Origin: Stylophora pistillata
Taxonomy: Eukaryota
Reading direction: 5' to 3'
Length of the DNA stretch: 64,000 bases
Assembly: GCF_002571385.2 (NCBI RefSeq)
Contig: NW_019217912.1
Span: forward strand, 319,380-383,379
Shown: piece after piece, positions 35,031 through 48,900 of the stretch
How positions within the stretch are numbered: position 1 is the first letter of the stretch
How the letters are laid out: every line of letters begins with the position of its first letter
Program-made: the position numbers and the translations under genes
Notes under the pieces: model-generated
Database searches by the model: none
What the model was told of the DNA's origin: nothing
What the model saw: the letters and a program-made list of their open reading frames with translations, nothing else

Positions 35031-37430
35031 ACTGATGATAATGATAACAATAGAAATAGTAATGATAACTGTTAGGGTTAGCTCAAGAACCTCACTGTTC
35101 CTTGATCAGTCTTTTCCCTAGGCCCCAATAATAATTAAACTAGGCTTCTTTTAGTTTTAATTTTTCCAGTTGATTATAAATGTTTTTCCTATTTCATTGC
35201 AATTCCATTTTGTAAGACTTTTGTTTCATACAACAAGGCATTCTGTGTTGCAAGATATTATTCCACCATTCCACAATACCACCATTCCATAGGGTCACTG
35301 CTAAACTCGAGGTATTGTATTTCTGACCTTGCTTCACAAATTTTGTGGCCTTATTGATATTTGAGTATAATTGTCGCTGATTAAAATGGTAAAATGCGCT
35401 CCTTATCAGTAAATGAAATTTTTATCAAGTTTTCCACAATGTGCAGATCAAACCTATTTAGATACTTCTGAAAGGAAAAGTCTTTTTCAAATCAATTATG
35501 CGCCAGAGACGCCACTGTGAAATTATGTTTTGAGATAGTTCATCATCTTTCGTGACGCCACTGTGATATTAAATGGTTGTAAGCTACCGCCTTCTAAGCT
35601 TTAATATTGTTCACCTTTATGCAACTGTCGCCCTTACCCGTCCCCTGCAACCTCCATTATTTGCAACCAAACAAATCCTACCAGTATCACCCTACCCAGG
35701 GAGAATTTGTCTTTTCTTCAGTCTTTCCAAGTGTTTAAATTTCCCACTTGTATGCTCATCAGACGCTTTGACAAAATCCCTCATGTGTGCTGAAGCTGTT
35801 GTTCAAAAATGGCCATATAGGGTTATTTTTCACTTGTATATTAAGCTTATTGTTATCAATGTTGAGCCACTTTTCTTGACACAGTTATGCATGAGGACGG
35901 AGTCCTTTTCTTTACAACTTATGCTGTACCATGACCTGCAGTGGTATTTAGCAATGGATTCACTGAAAGTGATATAATATTTATCAAAAGCATCCTAAAT
36001 GCCAGAAGCCAGGCAGTGAAAAAGTGTCGCTAGTGTAACTAGTGATGTACCATAGACAATCAATTCATCAGACCATCTCATGGCACCAGTGTCAACTACA
36101 TGTAACATTTTATAGCACAGAAAAATCTTGTTTTCCAATTCAGTCTAATACATTGCTTTCAGATGGTGCTCAATAGGATGACGGCCTACTCACTTTAAAG
36201 TGACACATTTCAAAAAGTTCAAGTCAAATTTGAACATGCCTGTTCACCTTCAAGGATGGTATAGAGAACTGTGTTTTTTATTTTTTCACTTGGATTTCTG
36301 GCCCAGGTGTAATAAATTTGGGTGAAAAAAAACTCGGTTTGTAACTTAATTATTATAGGTTAATAATAAGCATGATGTACATTTACATGTACCTCTTCGT
36401 CAGTTTTTTTTAGCTATTTATATCAGAGTGAAGCATGAATAAAGCTGAGGGTCTTTACATAGGCTTCATACCTGATCAAAACAGACAACAGAGGATTGTC
36501 CAAAGGCCTTGTATCCTGGCAGACAATGCACAAAGGTAACACATATATGGTATACCAAAGCTTGGCTGTACACCACAAAGAAGGCAATGTTCATGGCATA
36601 TCTTTACCACCAATCTACTGACTGAATTGAATACAATAAAAGAGTATATATCACAATACAGACTCTGTTGTGTCATTGTTGTTCATGAACTAAGTTAATT
36701 GCCAACTTATTTAAAGTCACAGCATTCATAAATATTAGTTAACATAAACAACACAGCATTCATTCAAGAGTGGCATTCATTCTAGGGCAGAGTTTGTTTG
36801 GAAATCATATTCCTATAATCACTGATAACATATATAATTAATTGATTATAATTATAATTAATGTGAGACAGGAACTTTCTTTACATTTTTTTACACAAAT
36901 TTCCAAGGATGGTGTGGACTACTGGGTTGTGCCATACTTGATTCTACTCCTTCAAAAAATCCATAATAATTTTTATCATTATTATACTCTTTTGAAAATA
37001 ATTATTTCCTTGGGTTTTAGCGAATTGTAAAAAACTTATTCCCTAGCCTAATAAGGTATTGGTCCATAATGACAAAAGCTGTAGCCCCTCAGTCTTGAAT
37101 ATTCTAGACCTTGGGCACAGTTTTTGTGATTATGGTTTCACCTACACTGGTGGATGACATGTACACCTGTATAAAATTGCAAGAATTGTTTGTCAAATGT
37201 CTAAGGTACTCAAAATGATCAATTAACCACTGGGAATTAGGCCAGGCTCTGTTATACAAGAACTTTATGACTTCTTATTCCCTCTGCCCGGCAGGGGGAT
37301 CAATACAATGAGCCCCTACCCCTATGAAATTTCCAAACTAGGAAACCTTTCCATCTCTGACTAACCCTTAACTCCCATGAGTGACCAAGACAGAATTTCT
37401 CCTTACAACATCAATACAATACCAACGAAG

Positions 37431-37631
37431 TTGTAAATTGGCCACCGTAACGAATGATAAAGCTGATGTTTCGAGCGTTAGCCCTTTGTCAGAGTGAATG
37501 ACGAAGGGCTAACGCTCGAAACGTCACCTTTTTTATTTGTTATGGTGGCCAATTTACAATTTCAACTTAGTTGATGTGACCAATTATCTTGTTACCCCCA
37601 CCGACACAGCACCACAGTTTCTTTAGAAACT
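37431..37631. mobile_element. Short hammerhead-bearing element with an inverted duplication
   Basis: Minus-strand hammerhead copy at 37431-37496 is directly followed by a plus-strand copy at 37499-37560, then the family tail cccaccgacacagcaccacagtttctttagaaac. Confidence 0.8.
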
Positions 37632-38739
37632 TTCAGCCTTTACTGTAAGATTACTGAATGATGTGAAAGTACTGTAGCCAAGTAAGATCATTGTACCAGC
37701 TTATAACATATACTTGATCAATGAATAAAGACAGAATATAGAAAGCAATTGAAGAGTGTCTCCACCAAATGAATACACAACAGAAATAAAACAAAGAAAT
37801 GTACTGTACCGCATGCTGGTGAGACGTGCACGAACACCTTAGTTTCTACATATAACGTAGCACTGATAATTTCAAGCGTCGTATCATGCCGAAATGAGGC
37901 CTAAAAGAGCTTGTCCTTACCACTTCATATGTCTGGGCCAAAAAGATTCGCAAAAGTTGATTGCACGACATTACGTACAAAGTTTTTTCATCCACTTTGA
38001 CGTCATTTTCCCCTCTAAATATCATCAAACAAGAGCTCCAATGTACTGATAGACAAGTGATATTTAAGCTGCTGTTTTAGCTTCTACTATGGGAACAGAA
38101 TCCATCATTCTCAAAACTCTTTGCAGCAAACGCCACCATTTTGCGCCGCTATTCTCTAATGATGTCCTCATAACTACTTCCCAGTGTTTTTCGTCCAACA
38201 AAGCAACTGTGTCACGCAACACGCAAAATTGTGCAGAGCTCATCTGGGCTGGCATTTGACAATGACGTGTAATGACAGTGTGCGCTGCGTAATGACGGCA
38301 ACCCAAGGCCATTTGAGTCTCACCTGTACCCAGTGTGTGTGGAATTTGAATCAGAAGTGCGGTGTTTCTCATGAAAAACACGTGTTTTATCATACATACA
38401 ATGTGGAAGTATGTAGGGGTAAAATACTCATTTTCGCATGCGAATGGCCTGGAAGAAAAGGTCTAAACAGTGTAAGTTTTAGAGCTTGGTCAATGAGTAG
38501 ACATTCACGGTCGCTGATGATGCCTTCTACAAAAAAGTGACTATCTAAATTATATTCCGGCCCTTGGATGGGACATTTGAACACAAATAATGGCTCCGGG
38601 GGCTGGAATTTGAACAAACCAATCGACCAATCGTCAAAAGTTCAAATGTCCGAGGGTGGGGGAGTTATTGAAGCTTCAAATCTATTGACGCATAATGCCG
38701 TAGAGTAATGTATAATACCGATGAATACTATGAAAACGG

Positions 38740-40610
38740 TATGTAATGACCGTAAATGAGGTGCAGTGACAGTGAAGGATGTAAAATGAAAGGAATTGAG
38801 GTGTAATGACGTTGAATGATGTTTAATGAAGGTGAATGATGTTTATTGAACGTGAATGATGTGCAATGACGGCAAATGATGTGCAGTGACGGTGAATGAT
38901 ATGTAATGACGGTCAGTGGTGTGCAGTGATGTTCAATGATGTGCAGTGACGGCGAAAGATGTGCAATGACGGTGAGTGATGTGCAGTGGCGGTGAATAAT
39001 GGGCAGTGACGGTGAATGATGTGCAATGACGGTGAATGATGTGCAGTGGCGGCGAATGATGTACAGTGATGGTCAATGATGTGCAGTGACGGTGAATGAT
39101 GTGCAATGACGGTGAGTGATGTGCAGTGGCGGTGAATAATGTGCAGTGACGGTGAATGATGTGCAATGACGGTAAATGATGTATAATGACGGTGAATGAT
39201 GTGCAATGACGCTGAATGATGTGCAGTGGCGGCGAAGATGTGTAGGGACGGTGAATGATGTGCAGTGGCGGTGAATGATGCGTAGTGACGGTGAATAATG
39301 TGCAGTGACGGTGAATGATGTGCAGTGACGGCGAATGATATGCAATGGTGGTGAATGATGTGCAGTGGCGGTGAATAACGTGCAATGACGGTGAATGAAG
39401 TGCAAAGGCGGGGAATGATGTGCAATGACGGTGAGTGATGTGAAGTGGCGGTGAATAATGTGCAGTGACGGTGAATGCAATTACGGTGAATGATGTGCAA
39501 TGATGGCGAGTGATTTGCAGTGGCGGTGAATAATGTGCAGGGAAGGTGAGTGATGTGCAATGACGGTGAATGATATGTGAAATGACGGTAAGTGATGTGC
39601 AGTGGCGGCGAGTGATGCACAATGACGGTGAGTGATGTGCAATGACGGCAAATGGTGTACAATGACGGTGAATGATGTGTAGTGACAGTGTTTGATATGT
39701 AATGAAGATAAATGATGTGTCTGGTGTCTGACAGGGGAGTCTCACGTCCACATTTTTTTCTCAATCTTGTTGTGGACTGATCAGTTCAGGGGTATTAGGT
39801 AGACACCCTTCTCCTACCTGGAAGATCTGAATTAGCTTGGATTACGCTTAGAAATCCAGAGCCGTCTAAACAAGGCTAGAAACTTTCTCAACATGACTCC
39901 TCCGCTTACCGTACTCGTACTAAGCTGAAACTCTATCACAGCTGCGTCCTGACAACTCTCCTGTATGGTTTAGAAAGTTGGCGCTTGTCGGAAAAGTATT
40001 TATCAAAACTCTCCGCATTTCACACCAGGAGCCTTCGGCGCATCTTATGCTTCATATGCCCTTTCCGGCCCAATGTCAGCTCAAACAAAAGATCTCTTTG
40101 AACGGTGTGGAACTGAACCAATGGCTACTATCCTGATTAGGAGACGCTGGAGGCGGATTGGACATGTCACCCAGCAAGAAGCCTTTATCGCAAAAACCGC
40201 TCTAAACTGGTCACCTAATGGGAAACGCTACAAGGGCCGCCTCATGAACACCTGGTGGCGGACAGTAGAGAAGGAACTTAAGGAGACGTAGAAGACCTGG
40301 GAAGGCATCAAGCTCATGGCAAAGCACCGGCAGATGTGGAGGGAGCACGTTGCTGCCGTAATGTGTAATGTTGCTAAATGTGTGTAACGGCATCGAATGA
40401 TGAATGGCGATGAATGTGCAATGGCAGTGAATGATGTGAAATGACGCTGAATGATATGCAATGACGCTGAATGATGTTTAATGACGGTGACTGATGCGCT
40501 ATTGACGAAGAGTCAAGTGTATTTTTATTCAGACCTCTGATAACCACGGATATGTCCAATGACGGCAAACGATGTCTAATGACGGTGAGTGATAAGCAGT
40601 GACGACGAAA
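38740..40610. repeat. 20-bp minisatellite (GATGTGCARTGACGGTGAAT)n, interrupted by an RTE fragment
   Basis: Dozens of diverged copies at about 38740-39720; degenerate copies resume at about 40360-40610. Confidence 0.92.
39780..40362 (+). mobile_element. RTE-clade LINE 3' fragment
   Basis: KLKLYHSCVLTTLLYG.ESW, FHTRSLRRIL, RRRWRRIGHV, ALNWSPNGKR..GR..NTW.RTV. Confidence 0.85.
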
Positions 40611-42693
40611 ATATACATCTGTATCTCAAAAGTGTCTCTGAATCTCGTATAGCAAATTAAGTTCTGTGTCAAAGAGTAAATAGCCAAACCGTGTTAGAGG
40701 TTAATCAAAGAGTCGCCACAATAAACAATGCTCCAAATGATATTTTATATCAGTAGAAGATACCGTGCCTCAAACCAGCCGCCCCCCCCCCCCCACCACG
40801 CCCTTCCTTAACCCTGCTATTTCGAATGAGAAATCTATGATTTGAATGTGCGAAGTTTTAGTATAGACAACATCATTGTCATTCTGTCGCTCATGTATTT
40901 TTCCAGTGACTGACTCCTTCAAAGGAAGGCAAATATTATCCAATGTTCTCTCAAAAGAGAGCCCTCGAACAGTGAGCTCGTCGATCATCACTGATCGTCA
41001 CTTAACAGTTCCGCTGACTGGAACTGAGTTCACAAATGTACAGTTTTATCAAACTGATTTTTCCTCTCTCTCAGACATCACTTCACAACACAGACTGTTC
41101 CATGATGTTCACTGAGTTGATAATGTGATTTGGCAAGCGTAAAGAATTTCTTCAACTCAGTCGATAAAACCGCACCAAATTATGTTGTTATACCCCCACC
41201 GAAGTAGCACCACAGTTTCTTTAGGAACTCATCCCATTTATTCGATATTTACTCGAGTGCCCTTCTGCAGAACAGAATAGTTTCTTTTTACGTTAGAATT
41301 GCGTTGGTGACAGTAAATACAATTGTAGGATTCACATGAACAGCATGATAGCCAACGGATACTCGGAATGATACGGAGTAAGTATTCAATTGTAATGGTC
41401 TGCACATATGATGGTTAACTATGTACCCAACTCAAACGGAAATCAAACGTCACTGATATCTCACAACATCGATCGCATAATGTTAGAAATTATAAAGAGT
41501 AAAAGAAGGCTTGGCTTAGCGTATACATCATTAATCAATTGCAACCCGTGAAAAACGAAACAGTTTAGATATCCGCCTAAAATGAATCTGCCTAATGAGA
41601 AATTAAGGCACACAGGATGGACCAATGCTTTTCTTGTTAGGTGTTATTGCCCTTTTTCCTTCACGGGAGATCTAATTTCTAACCAACTAACTTCTTTGCA
41701 CTTGTAAGAACTAGGCACGAACTTGTTCCCAGGGCCACAAATAGCTTAAAAAAATTTGGAATTTTTTTCAATAATAAGACTTTTTCTTGAATAAATCATT
41801 GTACGTCGGTCTATATGACGCCATTTGTACTAATTGAACCAAAGTGCCCGTTAATTTTAGTAAGCCTTGAGCATTTTTTCCAAACTTCGTGGGTTGTTTG
41901 TTTGCTTGCTCCTTCACTGCAACAGCTGTGGTCATAATTACAAATGTCTTTTTCATCTCCCTCTTAGCTTGAAATATTAGGAATCACTTTCTGTCTGACA
42001 AGCCTTCTAACACAATATTTTGATAGAGACCACATGGACAACTTTAAAATAAATAACGGTAAATGGAAAAAGGAAGGCAATAACTTAAATTCTGAACGGG
42101 GCATTTGGACTACTTTGAGAATTAATACTATCATTATCATTATTATTATTAGTAATATTACCATAACTATCAAAATAATGTAAAATATGGGTAAGTCTCT
42201 GTTTTGCGGTGAGAGTTTACCAGGATTATGGCTTGTTGGAGTGCTTTGTTAAATTTGGTCCCTTCAAACCTGACAGATGTAGAAAACAATATATACTGTA
42301 ATATTTCATTGAGCTTGTGGGCTATTGATTGTTAGCTTTAAAGCTGGTAAATGTTTAAAAGGAATGTAAATATTATGATAAAGGCAAAAATTTCAACACA
42401 TCAGAGTTAAGGAGTTCGTGTGCTTGTTAGAGTCTTAAAATATCATCAACTACACGAAGTGCGACCTACGCCTAAAGAAACTCTTGTCAAATAGAAGGGA
42501 AAGAAAAAATATGCTTGCTAAATTAAATACGACACATGTTAAAGCCCTGAGTTACTGAAAGACAACTGACTGAAGGTTGGTTTAAAGATAACCTAAATGA
42601 CATTATAGGGTGTATTTGTTTCATTTAACAGAGGGGTTTCAGTAGACTTGGCGTTTTAAGCCTAATCACTATTTACAATTGCTCTAAATATAT

Positions 42694-43549
42694 TTTGGAT
42701 ATATCAACAAAGTTGAAATGGTAAATTGGCCACCGTAACGATTACAAAAGCTGACGTTTCGAGCGTTAGCCCTTTGTCGGGGCGAATAGAGGAATTTTGT
42801 GTTGTGTGTGCTTTTAAAGGCAGAAAATGGAGCTACGTTATTGGTGGGAACATGGCAACGAGAAAAACAAGAATAAATTAGTGGAATGAAAAGCGTTCGT
42901 TGATCCCTGTGGGATTTAGACTGCCGGTTTGAAAGATGAGCTTTTGTTCAAGATTTTTACGGCTTTCCGTGCTACCTAAGTGTAAGGAAAGACCGCAGAT
43001 TGCCATATGTTGCTTAGAATGATTAGGTAAATTAAAATGTCTAGCGACTGGTTTCGATGTGTCCTTGTCATTCCTTTCCACGTCTCGAAGGTGTTCTCGG
43101 AATCGGTCACCTAGTCTTCTGCCTGTTTCGCCGATGTATATCTTTTTGCAATAAGTGCAAGTTATGCAATAGATTACATTGGCGGAGGTGCACGTGAAGT
43201 GATCGGTGATCTTAATGGATCGTTTAGGTCCCGATATTTTATCAGTGTTGTGAATGAAAGGACACGTTTTGCATCGTGCACGAGCGCATTTAAAAGTGCC
43301 TGGTTGGTCATTAGTCTGAAAAGAACTTCTGACCAAAAAATTGCCTATGTTTTTGTCGCGTTTGAATGAAATGAGCGGAGGCTGCGAAAAGATAGTGCTT
43401 GTCTCTGGATCGTTTTGAAGTAATTTAAAGTTTTTAAGAATGATGGATTTAACTGAGTGGTTGTGAGGGTGAAACGTGAGAGTGAATGGAATGCGGTCGG
43501 AATCTTCCTTATGCGACGTTTGTAGTGCTGAATGTCGATCAATAAGTTG
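42694..43549 (-). mobile_element. Penelope-like element copy 2 (GIY-YIG + pLTR with hammerhead), ending at an N
   Basis: Reverse complement of 292-1147, with identical translation over the shared coding region and a few substitutions in the pLTR; hammerhead motif at about 42749-42784. Confidence 0.93.
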
Positions 43550-43550
43550 N

Positions 43551-44662
43551 CTGCACACCTTTCTCTTCAAAGGACTACTCACCTGAGCAAGAAAGTTCTA
43601 TTTCAGAGTTTGGTATGTATCCTGGCTTCATCGAAAAAATTATGTTGTAACAGCGTAAACCATTTGACAATCGATCTCCGAGGATACACTTAATTTCTCT
43701 CTTTAATTTTCTTCAAGATATTGACCACGAATATCCTGGAATTCATTCCGCTGAAGGAGAAGCAGAGGCAAGAGGTAACTAAGAAACTCTTACAATAAAA
43801 TATGTCATGTAGCCTCAAACAGAGAGAGGGAATGCGGTAGGAAGACAGGAAGACAGACAGACCGCCAAATAGACGGACAGACATCTAGGCATGCATATAA
43901 AAAACACAAAGACCAAAAGACAGACCGGCATGCAGACAGACAGGCATGCATGCAGACAGACCTGTGAGCAAAACGGCTAGACCGGAAGACAGGTAGGCAG
44001 GCAGGCAGACAGACAGGCAGAGAGCAGACTTACGGACAGACAGACAGAGAGACAGAAAGACAGGTAAACAGACAGATGAATAGGAAGGAACGAAGATGGA
44101 CCCAGTCTAATGATGAATTCCGCTTCTTAGATGTTGAAAGAAAACTTGATGAGGCTTTGAGAGGAGAACACTATGATTCGATTAAAGATCACGTGAATCC
44201 AAGGATTCTATCCAGCTGTAAGACTAACGCATTATTCAAGGCATTTGAGGTAAGATATTTTCCTCTTCTCCAAGCATGAACACTTCATTTTGTAGGTAAG
44301 AGCTTAAAAAGCTCCGATTAACTTTTTGAACAGGTTCTAATTAACTTGACAAACGACAATGGTATTACTTCCATATTTGGAACTAAGGCAAGAGTTATAA
44401 CTAACTGAGCTGTGAGTTATCAATACCCTTCAAAGAGAATATGCAGTGCAACATCACCAGTAGCCATGCTGATCCAAAAAATTTCGTGCGATAGGTGAAG
44501 AAAAAAATCAGAGACATTCCAGATAGCGGTGGAGCAGAAAGGAACGAGTTTGAAACATTGGCAAACTCAGTAGATGAGTTCACGGCAGCTTTAATACATC
44601 CTTTAAAAGCTGACGACCACGCTAGAAGCACTTTTAGAAGCTGTTTGGAAACTGTAATGGAA
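43551..44662 (+). pseudogene. Apparently exact 1112-bp duplicate of 46507-47618 (part of exon 2 to part of exon 5 of the TRP gene)
   Basis: Constant offset of 2956 bp, identical ORF translations in both copies. Starts immediately after the N at 43550; the frame ends GAA GGA TAA at the breakpoint. Confidence 0.85.
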
Positions 44663-45944
44663 GGATAAGAGAGCTGAGTTGGCAAAACAGCTTGTAAATT
44701 AATCAGCCTCTTCGAGTTAACAGAAACCTTCCTGGCTGAAAATAAGGGTTGCACTTTAACCTGTGAGTGTAGAATATTTCAAATGGTCAATGCTCATTGT
44801 GGTTTTGTAAGCCGGATGGAAGTATATCAGGTGGTACGCTGCCCTCACTAAGAACTGAAGTGTATTATTTTCCTCTCTTCTATTATATGTCTCGGATTCT
44901 ATGGTCAATTCACGCATGAATTAATCTGCTTTTTCAGTTATTGTCGTATTATATTGTGCCTTGGGCATCCACTGTCGCCACGGCAGTTCTGAAAAATCCG
45001 TTCCAGGTGTTAGGGAAGTGATAGGCACTCAATTTCAAAACATAGTCCTTTTTACAACTTTCATACAATATAAATGTTTGTTAATTAATGGCCGAAATGA
45101 ATTCAACCACATGAATGAAGTCTTATTGGCCGGACGTTGTGATCAGCAGCTGGTACGTTTGCTGTTTTTTCCATTTTTTTTTTACCCCTTTTCCCCTTTT
45201 AAGTCTCCTTCATGATTATCCAGCTAAATCGTGATTGTTAGTTGTCAGTTTTACTTCTGACTTCTCATTTTCTGAAATTCGTTTGTGTTTTTATTACCTT
45301 CCCGCCTTCCTCTGTCGCAATTCGCATCTCCCTCCTTTTCACGGAACTCTTTGTTATCTTTTTTTACTTCCTTTTTTCTCACTAATAACCTTTTCAATGC
45401 ATCATTCAGTATATTACAAGAAAAACGTCTCAAATTCTTAGAATACAAAAGAAACATCGCATAATCTTTTCGAAAATTCCCGTCAAAGGGACAGTATGGT
45501 CGCGAAGCTAATTAACTTTAAAGCCGAAATTTACATTTCGTGACAAAACAAAGTTCAAATTTTGGAGGCATCGATTCTAGCGAATACCCCTTTCTCCATA
45601 TGTACACTGAATCAAAGAAAGTAATCGAGTTATTTCATCCATAAATAGAAATACTGTCAAACGAATGAAACAATAACTCCTTTTTCCATCATCCTACTTC
45701 TTCCTTCCTTTTAAGGATCATATTTAATTCTTGGTCTAAAATTTTGAAACCCGTATGGCCTTGTGAAATATGCATTATTTTGTTGATTAAAGATATTCAG
45801 AATATTAATGTATTTAAACAACTTCATGTGTATGAATAATTCACACGCCAGTATACCTTTGTATTTGCAATTTTGAATATCGTTGCAACCCTAAAACCCC
45901 CTTTTCTTTTCGTATTTTTAAATGTTATCTTTTTAAAAGTGATA

Positions 45945-48900
45945 ATGGAGCAAGCTACGCCAGGTGACATGTAAGTAAAACATATTTAAGTGCATTGTAA
46001 ACGTTTTAATTCCTTATAAATTTTCACAGGAAAGAATCGCTATCTTCTAAAACAACTTTAAGTTCGTGGAAAATTTCATTTGAATAGAAAATTAAACAAT
46101 AACGTTTGTTAGGGTTGTTCAACATAAAACATATAAAAGCAACCCCAGAACACGGGTGAAAGTGGAGTAGTTTAACATTTATTAAAATGTCGAATTAAGG
46201 ATAAATTTCTTAGAACGGGCAAACAGTGACGGTACTGGTAAAACAGCAGGGCTCAAACTTAACTCACCCTTTATTAACATTACTATAAGAATTTAAGAGC
46301 GAATGATTTAGTTGGGAAAAGTCTCTCCATGACAGATTTTCTTGGTTTGTTAAATCACCCAGTGAAGAAACGATAACGGTGGTTGTTCAAGAAGATGACC
46401 TTATGCAAGCCATTCCTAATAACATATTCCCATTGCATGAAGACAGTTTTCCACCCTTTTTAAAGCAACGTGATACAGCAGAAGAAGACATGGATATGGC
46501 CAGGATCTGCACACCTTTCTCTTCAAAGGACTACTCACCTGAGCAAGAAAGTTCTATTTCAGAGTTTGGTATGTATCCTGGCTTCATCGAAAAAATTATG
46601 TTGTAACAGCGTAAACCATTTGACAATCGATCTCCGAGGATACACTTAATTTCTCTCTTTAATTTTCTTCAAGATATTGACCACGAATATCCTGGAATTC
46701 ATTCCGCTGAAGGAGAAGCAGAGGCAAGAGGTAACTAAGAAACTCTTACAATAAAATATGTCATGTAGCCTCAAACAGAGAGAGGGAATGCGGTAGGAAG
46801 ACAGGAAGACAGACAGACCGCCAAATAGACGGACAGACATCTAGGCATGCATATAAAAAACACAAAGACCAAAAGACAGACCGGCATGCAGACAGACAGG
46901 CATGCATGCAGACAGACCTGTGAGCAAAACGGCTAGACCGGAAGACAGGTAGGCAGGCAGGCAGACAGACAGGCAGAGAGCAGACTTACGGACAGACAGA
47001 CAGAGAGACAGAAAGACAGGTAAACAGACAGATGAATAGGAAGGAACGAAGATGGACCCAGTCTAATGATGAATTCCGCTTCTTAGATGTTGAAAGAAAA
47101 CTTGATGAGGCTTTGAGAGGAGAACACTATGATTCGATTAAAGATCACGTGAATCCAAGGATTCTATCCAGCTGTAAGACTAACGCATTATTCAAGGCAT
47201 TTGAGGTAAGATATTTTCCTCTTCTCCAAGCATGAACACTTCATTTTGTAGGTAAGAGCTTAAAAAGCTCCGATTAACTTTTTGAACAGGTTCTAATTAA
47301 CTTGACAAACGACAATGGTATTACTTCCATATTTGGAACTAAGGCAAGAGTTATAACTAACTGAGCTGTGAGTTATCAATACCCTTCAAAGAGAATATGC
47401 AGTGCAACATCACCAGTAGCCATGCTGATCCAAAAAATTTCGTGCGATAGGTGAAGAAAAAAATCAGAGACATTCCAGATAGCGGTGGAGCAGAAAGGAA
47501 CGAGTTTGAAACATTGGCAAACTCAGTAGATGAGTTCACGGCAGCTTTAATACATCCTTTAAAAGCTGACGACCACGCTAGAAGCACTTTTAGAAGCTGT
47601 TTGGAAACTGTAATGGAAAAAGCCATCGACACAGAGCAGAAGAAGGTATTACATAGTTGGAAAGTGTAACTCATTGAGCGATGCAGTTAGATATATGAAA
47701 ATGTTTTTCTGCCATCCGTTGCTTTCTAAAATTTGCTTGACGCCCATAAAAGTTTCCAGTCTTGTTCTAACTTAAACAGAGTTAGTGATCCAACGTGTAC
47801 AGCTGCAGTGGTACGCTATTTCATGCATTAATTATCCGAACAAAGAACAAATTCTTATGGCAGTTTAAGTTGGCTACTTTTACATAAAGTTTATAGCTGT
47901 AGTTAGCTCTGGTTCGATTATTATATGTAAACTCAAAAAAATTTGTAAATATGAGACTATCTGTTCCAAAGACTATCAACTGGACTAATAATGTAAATTG
48001 GCCACCGTCAAGAGTTTTTAAACGAGAGCTATAACGTTTTGATCATTAGCCCTTCGTCAGGGCGAAACTCATTTGAAATGTTTGCCTTCTTTGATTTTTT
48101 TTTTCGCATAGTTTATATCTCATCCAGTGATTTACAAGTTATTCGAGGCTAAATGGTACGGTTCATTTGATTCTCTGCGCAAAAGCTCTGGGACGAGTTT
48201 ACGCTTCTGGAAATATATCCTTCTCAATATTTGGGCTGTATTTGATTTCTTCCTTTTCCCATTCCTTTTGGCGTTCTTCTTCATCATTAGAAGTATAAAA
48301 ATCCGCGCACGGAAAATGACAGGTACGCTTGAATATTCGATGGTATTTAGTTATCCAATAGTACTAACTCGGACATGTTTATGTCCTCTGAGATTCCAAA
48401 GGGTTGAATACTCGGGAGAAAATGAAATAGGGGTATGCTTCAATACTGAGCTGACTCTAAGTGCGACACAAATAAGTGCACGAGAAAAATTCTGACACAC
48501 AGACGAGGTAATTTTTTGCATTTTCTCGCTAAAAAGCTTTTGCTTCATGTATGGCTGTTCGCTCATTGGACATAGGAAACTCTTGTGCTGATTTGAAGCT
48601 GTGGTACTGCAAAATGATAGCTAGGCCAAGCGAGCTTTTAGACAAAGGAAAAAGTAAAGGAATAGTAGAGGAAATTAAAGGAGAAGAAAACAAAGACTCG
48701 TGAGGAGGGAACTTATTTGCTCTTCTCCTAAAGCCTTTGTAAGCTTCAAATATGGCGTTCAATTGTAGGAAATTGTATTTAAGGCAGCCTTCAGCAGCAC
48801 AATCATTTTTTTCATACTTCTCAATCATATTTCTCAGCCACAGAGGTTTGTTTTGCGGTATCCCTGTCTGGTCCAGCATCGGACGAAACATTCGCTTTAG

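Noticed and set aside
35480-38420. Possible decayed minus-strand gene or transposase with Cys-rich patches
   Set aside because: Many stops and no motif I could identify with confidence; needs BLASTx.
38913-39764. His-rich ORFs of 283, 272 and 135 aa
   Set aside because: They are translations of the 20-bp minisatellite in all three frames, with no splice or domain evidence.
43550-43582. N-terminal extension MSSPLKRKVCX of the second Penelope ORF
   Set aside because: It crosses the N at 43550 into unrelated duplicated gene sequence.
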